The notes: generated from the letters alone by a model not told the origin. A stretch of 24,000 nucleotides of DNA from Dehalococcoidia bacterium (GCA_030612025.1 JAUWOR010000001.1:151790-175789); one strand, 5' to 3'. Positions 8,646 to 14,535 are shown, numbered from the stretch's first letter. Program-made: numbers and translations.

Positions 8646-9731
8646 TTATAACAAGGTTAGATAATCACCCTTGTAGCCTAGTCTCACCAATATATGTTTC
8701 CAGCAATTAAATCCGTCGGGGGTTCTCCTCCAGGGTTCCGGGGCAGAAATTCCCAAAATAGCTATTTCCATACCTTCCTTGGTATCTGCATTTGTAACAG
8801 GCTCTCCTGCGGTTGTCATCATAGCTATCAAGTCAGGAACCATTATTACCGGCTTTTCATCTTGCCAGGCAATCATATTCTCGTTGACTGAGTCTATAAT
8901 GAATATTTTGCCTTGGTAATTTGTAATACCCTCGATAGTTGTCCGGCCAATGTCAAACCCTTCAGCTGTTCTTGTCTCAATTTTCTTGATATTGCCCCTA
9001 AAAATCTCTTTCCCCCCAGTAATGCTTATAACCTCTTTCACAGTGTCCCTGCCGCTAGCTTTTGCTTTTCTTATCGCCTTGCCTACTTCTTCACATTTCG
9101 AAATAGAGTTTGGCACAAGGCAATTTCTTATAGTGGCAATGTCAACTATCCAGGTGGCAAATGCGGCTAACATTCCGAACGAGACTGCCGCGGTTCTAGC
9201 CATCTTCTCTGCTGAGGCAGTATCAAGCGGGTCTTTTAAGTATGCCACCAGAACATCCCCGGCCTTATTGGCAACCACCAGCGGGCTAGTAGGAATCCTG
9301 TATATGGGATAAAGCCCGGTGCTTAGCTCGGGAACAGCACGTCCATTACCATCAGCATCAACAACAGGGATGCCTTTTTGTGATGCTACATAAAGTGGTG
9401 TCATGGTATTGAGACCACCAATTTCACCTGGCATCAAATAAGCTAGATTGATTCCCCCTACGGCAGCCATATTCCTGATTGCTTCATAGGCAAATATAGC
9501 CTCAGGACCGAAGCCCCTTTCAATCATGACTTTTGGGGAGCCTATCCCAGCTACTACCACTGCATTGGCTCTATCTGGCAAGTCTTCTATATTAAACATT
9601 TCTATTTCATTTTCTATTTGTTTAACAAGATTTAAGCCATCACGAGGAGAACCACCTCCGCCAGCACCAAAAATTGTTGAACCCCAGACTATATCCTCTA
9701 GCGCTGTTTTCCCTAATAACCTCCTTGCCAT
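8646..9731 (-). CDS. DUF917 family protein (paralogue A)
   Basis: Carries the DUF917 hallmarks GSTIFGAGGGGS, GEIGGLNTMTPL and VVDADGNGRAVPELSTGLY. 361 aa. SD ggagg lies upstream of the ATG. Confidence 0.8.
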   Translation of the reverse strand: MARRLLGKTALEDIVWGSTIFGAGGGGSPRDGLNLVKQIENEIEMFNIEDLPDRANAVVVAGIGSPKVMIERGFGPEAIFAYEAIRNMAAVGGINLAYLMPGEIGGLNTMTPLYVASQKGIPVVDADGNGRAVPELSTGLYPIYRIPTSPLVVANKAGDVLVAYLKDPLDTASAEKMARTAAVSFGMLAAFATWIVDIATIRNCLVPNSISKCEEVGKAIRKAKASGRDTVKEVISITGGKEIFRGNIKKIETRTAEGFDIGRTTIEGITNYQGKIFIIDSVNENMIAWQDEKPVIMVPDLIAMMTTAGEPVTNADTKEGMEIAILGISAPEPWRRTPDGFNCWKHILVRLGYKGDYLTLL

Positions 9732-9741
9732 TTTATACCTC

Positions 9742-9921
9742 CTAAATCAGATGCTTTCCATCCTTAATTCCGGTTTTACCATCAATTACTAGAGTTGGAT
9801 TTCCCATAATCCCATCCAGACGCGCTGGTGCTTTTACCTTGCCACCAATTGTGCTGTTATCTCCTATAGCTATTTTGTCGCCTCTATCCTTGCCGCTTCT
9901 ACCATTGCATCTGCCTTCAGT
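9742..9921 (-). pseudogene. 5'-truncated second M29-family gene (C-terminal ~46 aa retained)
   Basis: Below the ORF-track size cutoff. My translation is ...GDKIAIGDNSTIGGKVKAPARLDGIMGNPTLVIDGKTGIKDGKHLI*, which aligns with the C-terminus of the 2845-3885 product (ETVHIAVGDSSHMGGKVTADLHQDFVIPKPTLKFDGKAVIENGKILI*). The frame is closed by TAA at about 9922. The stop lies 10 nt before the DUF917-A start. Confidence 0.6.
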
Positions 9922-10184
9922 TTAGTTAATCACCTTATTATCTCTACCTTATAATCTCCTCTTAGCACAAGAGGCTAATTTAAACACTAACAAAATGTAC
10001 TGTAAGTTGTAAAGAAAGATGGTTGAATTTTTATATTGAACTAATTAGAGACGCCCATCATGCGATGGGCCAGCTAAATATGAAGGTAGTTAGAGGCTCC
10101 TGCGATTCTAGATAACTTAGTAGCATCGCTGTCTTCATTTAATGCCAAAAATTATAAACGCTACTCCAATTTTAGGCAAGCATA

Positions 10185-10255
10185 TTAGGCTAATAAATAA
10201 GATTTTAGCTCAGTTAAGTTGCTAATAGACTCCTGATGGTCATCCCCTGCTCTAT
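10185..10255. repeat. Right copy of the 71-bp direct repeat (3' end of the intact HAD gene)
   Basis: See 2577-2647: 66/71 identical at a constant offset of 7608 nt. Confidence 0.85.
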
Positions 10256-10856
10256 CAATATGGAAAGCGTTTATACCCACCTGCTTGGGGTTAAGAAAAT
10301 CGAATTGCCAGTTATCGCCTACATGGACAACCTGACTTGGCTTGACATTCATCGCCTGGCACATCTGGAGATAAAAAGCGGGGGTCTTTAATTGCCTATA
10401 ATGCGAGGTTGAAGAAAAAACCTGAGTAAAATAAGGTTCCACATCCGGTAATAAATAATGCAACAGTTCCAATGGCGTGCCTGAGGCAATGATTAACTTA
10501 TATTGATTAGCTAAAGAGGAAAGGACTTCTGTTACCTCAGGATAATAGAATACTTTATCCTGGCAACTTTGTATCACTGGTTCAGGAGCGCCTAAGTGCA
10601 AATACCTAAACCAGTAGTTTATATCATACCACTCCAGCCTTTGGTCACCGATTCTATCATACTCCATAGCCACGATTTCCTTCGCCTGGACAAGCTCAAT
10701 GCCTTTCTTTTGGGCATAAATGGCTGGTATAGCCTCATGCCAAACAGCCTGACTGAAATCAGGCGTCACTAGCGTTCCTTCGGCATCAAAGGAGACTATT
10801 CTGATACACCCTGGAAAAATTCCATCTCTCAGGTGACCCCAACCAATTTGGTTCAT
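10185..10856 (-). CDS. HAD-superfamily hydrolase
   Basis: 223 aa. Motif I is IVSFDAEGTLV, where the second acidic residue is Glu rather than the usual Asp. A motif III/IV-like ...VVHVGDNWQFD is also present. Confidence 0.8.
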   Translation of the reverse strand: MNQIGWGHLRDGIFPGCIRIVSFDAEGTLVTPDFSQAVWHEAIPAIYAQKKGIELVQAKEIVAMEYDRIGDQRLEWYDINYWFRYLHLGAPEPVIQSCQDKVFYYPEVTEVLSSLANQYKLIIASGTPLELLHYLLPDVEPYFTQVFSSTSHYRQLKTPAFYLQMCQAMNVKPSQVVHVGDNWQFDFLNPKQVGINAFHIDRAGDDHQESISNLTELKSYLLA

Positions 10857-11061
10857 TTAAGTTGCTAATATTAGCATAATTAGAAGCCAGAGGTCTATTT
10901 GCTAACTTATGCTTAGCAAAGGTAAAATAGCTTGAGGGAGTTATGATGAAGGGTTTTTTGAACTTAAACCGCTTCAAACATGGCAGGGCGATAAAGCAAG
11001 GTAGTAAACAAAAGGCTAATCTGCAAGGCAAGAAGAAAGTTAAAGGAAAAGTGTTTAAACT

Positions 11062-11143
11062 GTCACCCTGAGCGCTAGCGAAGGGTCTAGATTCTTCGCG
11101 GAGCCTGTTCTGAGCGGCGTGAGATTCTTCGCTACACTCAGAA
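11062..11143. repeat. Hairpin-rich repeat module containing two GATTCTTCGC units
   Basis: GATTCTTCGC occurs at 11090-11099 and 11123-11132. A 7-bp stem TTCTGAG/CTCAGAA spans 11108-11114 and 11137-11143. A related GTAG-TAATCTTCGC-TACTAC hairpin is nested at 12176-12199. Confidence 0.4.
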
Positions 11144-11147
11144 GAGA

Positions 11148-11270
11148 CCGTTTAAAAATGTAGTTGCCTGATTTATCAGGCACAGTCGCCCAATAAATTG
11201 GGCAACTACAAAAATTTGGGGGTGAAACGCCTCTGAGATGGCTGAAATTGAACGGGGAATCAAAATTAAA
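11148..11270 (-). repeat. 123-nt structured repeat, copy A (flanks in reverse orientation, core in 'flop')
   Basis: Its reverse complement aligns base-for-base with 22831-22953 (6 mismatches in 91 flank/stem positions). The exception is the 32-nt core (11169-11200), which is identical to 22901-22932 on the SAME strand, so it is inverted relative to the flanks. The core is bounded by the 9-bp inverted repeat gtagttgcc/ggcaactac. Confidence 0.85.
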
Positions 11271-11361
11271 CAGCATGTCAGAATGACAGGAGGCGAAGGG
11301 CTCAAAATAACAAGGCCACAGGCAAAATTAAAGAGCTTCTCAGAGGAAAGGGGTAAATTTT

Positions 11362-11721
11362 GTGGCTAAGATAGATAAGCTTAGCTTTGGCTCTATAGTT
11401 ATCGATGGTAAGAAGTACTCTCAAGATGTCCTCATCTTCGCCGATGGCATGGTAAAGAAAAGAAAGGGCGGCTTTTTAATGTTTGGCAGCCACGGTATCA
11501 AAAAAGAAGAAATCGAAGAACTGGCCGAGGATAGTCCTGAGGCAGTAATCATCGGCACTGGCACTAGCGGCAAAGCCAGTTTAGCCCCTGAGGTAGAGGA
11601 CTGGGCCAAGGAAAAGAATTTGAACCTGATAGTTCAACCATCCCACAAAGCTGTAGCCAAGCTGAATGAACTTATAGAGCAGAAGAAAAAGGTTGCCGCC
11701 TTGATTCACATAACCTGCTAG
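11362..11721 (+). CDS. Mth938-domain (DUF498) protein
   Basis: GTG start with SD aggaaagggg. The sequence ...FGSIVIDGKKYSQDVLIF...AVIIGTGTSGKASLAPEV...KKVAALIHITC* matches the Mth938-like family as I recall it. Confidence 0.75.
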   Translation: MAKIDKLSFGSIVIDGKKYSQDVLIFADGMVKKRKGGFLMFGSHGIKKEEIEELAEDSPEAVIIGTGTSGKASLAPEVEDWAKEKNLNLIVQPSHKAVAKLNELIEQKKKVAALIHITC

Positions 11722-11730
11722 TGGGGGGAT

Positions 11731-12057
11731 TTATTCGAATTCGCCCTTCCCCATGGCCACAAATATAACAGCTGGTACCCCTAGAAACCAGGGGCCGAAG
11801 AGGGAGCAAATACATCCGGCAAGCGCTAACCCCCAAATTTTTCTTCTCAGGGCATAAATACCGCCTACTATGGCTACTATCCCTAGTATAATTATGGGAA
11901 TAGCAATAATACCAAAAATCCGAGGCATAATTGGGACAGCTGGCAGCCTTGCGATGGTTCCTCCCACTACGGCGGCTACTATGCCGCCGATCGTTTGCAT
12001 GGCTCCGGCAATAATGCTCAGGATCCCTGCAGTTGTCGGTTTCCAAGTCTTCTCCAT
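11731..12057 (-). CDS. Small glycine-rich membrane protein (3 TM), unknown function
   Basis: 108-aa hydrophobic ORF, convergent with the Mth938 gene with a 9-nt gap. The overlapping ORFs at 11672-12064 and 11870-12343 are shadow frames. Confidence 0.6.
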   Translation of the reverse strand: MEKTWKPTTAGILSIIAGAMQTIGGIVAAVVGGTIARLPAVPIMPRIFGIIAIPIIILGIVAIVGGIYALRRKIWGLALAGCICSLFGPWFLGVPAVIFVAMGKGEFE

Positions 12058-12082
12058 TTCTCACTCCTCCCTACTTTTTAGA

Positions 12083-12233
12083 GGCCGTTTAATTTTGCCT
12101 CATCCAGTTTTAATACTCTTCACCTCCAAGATTTTCGTAGTGCGACCCTTTAGGGTCGTGCACGAGGCTACCCCGTGTAGTAATCTTCGCTACTACACAG
12201 GGCTAAAGCCTCGCACTACATTTTTAAACACCT
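12083..12233 (+). repeat. Composite GTAG...CTAC nested-hairpin element carrying a nested 30-nt hairpin insertion
   Basis: Same architecture as 22354-22445: ggc[c/t]gtttaattttgcctcatcc ... gtagtgcg-gaccctttagggtc-gtgcac-gaggctaaagcctc-gcactac-atttttaaacacc. Between 12170 and 12206 it carries an extra ccccGTGTAGTAatcttcgcTACTACACag flanked by a duplicated GGCTA. The left arm has a further ~24-nt insert. Confidence 0.8.
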
Positions 12234-12347
12234 TTAAACACCCTCTTTTAGTAAGGATATTCTTAATAGCATCTCGTTGTCAATATCCAAGAAAACCCAG
12301 ATGGCGTCGTAGCTGTGGGGTTTTAGACCTGTTCTCCGCCTAATTAC

Positions 12348-12399
12348 GTAGCTATGGGTCTAAAAGACCCATAGGTCGAGGCTTCAGCCCCGACCCTAC
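12348..12399 (+). repeat. GTAG...CTAC two-hairpin element, variant sequence
   Basis: Sequence gtag-ctatgggtctaaaagacccatag-gtcgaggcttcagccccgac-cctac, followed by gattagtt. The tail ccctacgatt[a/g]t resembles 18304-18316. A degenerate half-copy lies at 12309-12335. Confidence 0.6.
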
Positions 12400-12415
12400 G
12401 ATTAGTTTATATTGT

Positions 12416-13765
12416 TCAAGGTTGAAGCTCTTTGACCATATAAGCGATTTCTAATCTATAGCCAAGTGAGCGAAAGTAATCTCTACTTCCAACGCCACTC
12501 AAAACACTCAGCTTCCCAGCAAGGAATTCCTCCCGAGCAATTCTCTCTGCTTCTCGAAGCAACTTTTCCCCTAAACCCCTGTGCTGAGCAGCCCGCTCTC
12601 GCTTTTCCCCTAAGGGGACCTCAGAACCAAAGACATGTAGCTCCCTGATTAAAGCTGAGCCAATATTGATCCTGAGCCTTAATAAGCCAAATAAGGTCTC
12701 ATTGGCATCCTCGTAGGAAAGAAAAATTTCCTTCCCTCCGTAAGTTTCATAGTCCATCCTGAATAGCCAAGGCTCGCCAATCATCCAGCCATCCCTTAAC
12801 CTATGCCCATATTCCCGACAGCGAATACAGCGACAATGAAGGCCCAACTCGCTCATCCGCTTCCTGACGCTCCCCCGCAACGCCAGGTCTCTGCTGCCAG
12901 CAATGATAAATTTGCTGGGGATATCCCGCATCAGCCTGGGTATTCTGACATATTTGGGAATCAGGGTTTTGATATTCACCAGTAAATCTATCATCTCCCC
13001 ATCCTCATAAGGCTGGTATTTGTTATCTCGATACCATTCCTCTAGCTCACTTCCTACAACCACCAGCGTAGGGTAAAGCTTGAGCCCATCGGGTCGGAAA
13101 TATTCATCAGCGAATAATTTCCGTGATAGCTCCAGGTCATGCTCCGGCGTCGAGCCAGGCAGACCAGGCATCCAATGATAGTAGACCTTAAAGCCATAAT
13201 CCCTCAGTAACCTGGTGGCAGAGATGACCTCAGCTACTCCATGCCCTCTCTTCGTTAAACGGTGAATGTCATCATCCAGCGTCTGTACCCCAAGCTCCAC
13301 CCTGGTAGTGCCAAAATCAAGCATACTCTTTATCTCCACCTCTCCACACCAATCAGGCCTGGTCTCAATACATAATCCCACACAGCGACGCTCAGCAGTT
13401 TCATTCATTTTCTTGGCTTCCTCTAAGTTAGCCGAAGGAACACCATTGAGAGCATCATAGCAGTCCTTAACAAATTGATATTGATACTCACAAGGGTAAG
13501 CTAGAAAGGTGCCTCCCATGATGATGAGCTCTATTTTATCCACTGGATGTCCCATATCAGCCAATGTCCTGAGCCGGAACTCCACTTGCCTTTTGGCATC
13601 AAAGTTACATTTCCTGGCGCGAAGAACCGCCGGAGATTCTATGGTGTAGCTCTTTGGTGCTTCAGGAGAGCTGGGGCAATAAACGCATTTGCCAGGGCAG
13701 GGGAATGGCTTGGCCATAACCGCCACCGGTGTTACCCCGGAAATAGTGCGCGATATTTTCTTCAT
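12416..13765 (-). CDS. elp3: Elp3-type radical SAM / GNAT tRNA U34 carboxymethyl-modification enzyme (short bacterial form)
   Basis: 449 aa. It has a radical-SAM cluster region (...PFPCPGKCVYCPS...), a TIM-barrel core and a C-terminal GNAT with QHRGLGEKLLREAERIA. The size and N-terminus match the compact bacterial Elp3 known from Dehalococcoides (from memory). Confidence 0.9.
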   Translation of the reverse strand: MKKISRTISGVTPVAVMAKPFPCPGKCVYCPSSPEAPKSYTIESPAVLRARKCNFDAKRQVEFRLRTLADMGHPVDKIELIIMGGTFLAYPCEYQYQFVKDCYDALNGVPSANLEEAKKMNETAERRCVGLCIETRPDWCGEVEIKSMLDFGTTRVELGVQTLDDDIHRLTKRGHGVAEVISATRLLRDYGFKVYYHWMPGLPGSTPEHDLELSRKLFADEYFRPDGLKLYPTLVVVGSELEEWYRDNKYQPYEDGEMIDLLVNIKTLIPKYVRIPRLMRDIPSKFIIAGSRDLALRGSVRKRMSELGLHCRCIRCREYGHRLRDGWMIGEPWLFRMDYETYGGKEIFLSYEDANETLFGLLRLRINIGSALIRELHVFGSEVPLGEKRERAAQHRGLGEKLLREAERIAREEFLAGKLSVLSGVGSRDYFRSLGYRLEIAYMVKELQP

Positions 13766-13795
13766 GCTACACTAAAGTTTAGCAGAGCTTATTCT

Positions 13796-14446
13796 ATGAC
13801 CACAAATAGAGAAGTATTCGACCAAATAGCTGAAAGCTGGTATCGGGTAAGACACTGGCCCCGGTTAAGGAAAGAGCTGGAAGAACTAGCCCAAAGGTGG
13901 CAAAGGGGGGAATTGCTTAATGTTGGCTGCGCCCACGGTCCCGACTTCCTGTCTTTCACACAGGGCTTCGGACTGTGGGGGATAGATTTCTCTTCACAAA
14001 TGCTCAAGCAAGCACAGAGATATTCACTTAAATTCAATTTTTATGTCAACCTAATAGCAGCTGATATGCTTTCGCTACCCTTCCCTGACAACACCTTCGA
14101 CTGGGCAATCGCAGTGGCCGCTTATCACCACATAAAGGGCAAGAACAACAGAGAAAAGGCATTTTGTGAATTAAAACGGGTGCTAAAACCGGGAGGCGAA
14201 GCTTTCCTGACCGTATGGAACCGGGGGCAGCCAAGGTTCTGGCTAAAATCCAAAGAGCAAGAAGTTCCCTGGAGGCTAAGAGGTAAAACCGTTTACCGCT
14301 ATTACCACCTCTTCTCCTATGGCGAGTTAAAAAAACTACTCACCCAGGTTGGCTTTGAAATTATCACCATCTCTCCCGAGAGATCCTACCACTTCCCCAT
14401 AAAGAACTTCTCCCGCAATATATGCATCCTGCTAAAGAAATCCTAA
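13796..14446 (+). CDS. Class I SAM-dependent methyltransferase, Trm9/ALKBH8-like
   Basis: I chose the start at ATG 13796; the track's 13547 start runs antisense through elp3. Motif I is LLNVGCAHG. Other matches are ...LPFPDNTFDWAIAVAAYHH... and the C-terminal block VYRYYHLFSYGELKKLL, which parallels yeast Trm9 (...FDFAISIAVVHH..., ...YRYYHLYREGEL...) as I recall it. Confidence 0.75.
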   Translation: MTTNREVFDQIAESWYRVRHWPRLRKELEELAQRWQRGELLNVGCAHGPDFLSFTQGFGLWGIDFSSQMLKQAQRYSLKFNFYVNLIAADMLSLPFPDNTFDWAIAVAAYHHIKGKNNREKAFCELKRVLKPGGEAFLTVWNRGQPRFWLKSKEQEVPWRLRGKTVYRYYHLFSYGELKKLLTQVGFEIITISPERSYHFPIKNFSRNICILLKKS

Positions 14447-14456
14447 ATCCTAAGCA
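14445..14456. repeat. Left 12-bp inverted repeat flanking the four-helix-bundle gene
   Basis: aaatcctaagca is the exact reverse complement of tgcttaggattt at 14949-14960. It overlaps the methyltransferase stop codon, and aaatccta is tandemly duplicated just upstream. Confidence 0.7.
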
Positions 14457-14535
14457 CTAAATTCTAAACAAAATCAATAAATATCAAAAATCAAAGATAA
14501 AAAATCAAAGTGACAAATTAAAATGCAAAGATGTT

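Noticed and set aside
1865-9312. Numerous 60-146-aa ORFs antisense to or overlapping the liv, M29, permease, racemase and DUF917 genes (e.g. 1865-2185, 6804-7205, 7440-7880, 8950-9312).
   Set aside because: Each lies wholly inside a longer ORF with clear family motifs on the opposite strand or in another frame. Their products are low-complexity Ser/Pro/Leu-rich sequences and they lack SD/start context.
10053-10070. Hairpin gcccatc-atgc-gatgggc downstream of the HAD gene, considered as a possible terminator.
   Set aside because: It lies about 115 nt from the stop and no U-run follows on the transcribed strand. This is too weak to annotate.
2648-10184. I searched the repeat-bracketed block and its edges for an integrase, transposase or tRNA target.
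   Set aside because: None was found in any frame. The island interpretation therefore rests only on the direct repeats and the orphan gene end, and I do not call it a mobile_element feature.
10943-11071. 42-codon plus-strand ORF encoding a lysine-rich peptide (MMKGFLNLNRFKHGRAIKQGSKQKANLQGKKKVKGKVFKLSP), preceded by gagggag.
   Set aside because: It could be a real small basic protein. However, the SD spacing is short (2-5 nt), its 3' end runs into a repeat module, and I recognise no family. This is not enough support to annotate it without conservation or ribosome-profiling data.
11055-11276. 73-aa minus-strand ORF, and the related part of the 172-aa ORF at 22654-23172. Their peptides are similar (…SPFNFSHLRGVSPPNFCSC…).
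   Set aside because: Both ORFs simply read through the two copies of the 123-nt repeat and other hairpin modules. The peptide similarity follows from DNA repeat identity. There is no SD or start context, and the 22654 ORF is antisense to the wHTH gene.
11672-12343. ORFs 11672-12064 (-) and 11870-12343 (+) overlapping the small membrane-protein gene and the repeat region.
   Set aside because: They are shadow frames of a GC-biased, Gly/Ala/Ile-rich membrane gene, with Arg/Ser/Pro-rich low-complexity products. The plus-strand ORF continues through repeat elements.
13547-13795. The ORF track extends the methyltransferase ORF 83 codons upstream (299 aa in total).
   Set aside because: The extension runs antisense through the 5' part of elp3 and has an unstructured, Arg/Gly/Cys-rich composition. 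Methyltransferase/Trm9-like similarity begins only at the Met at 13796, so I annotated 13796-14446.
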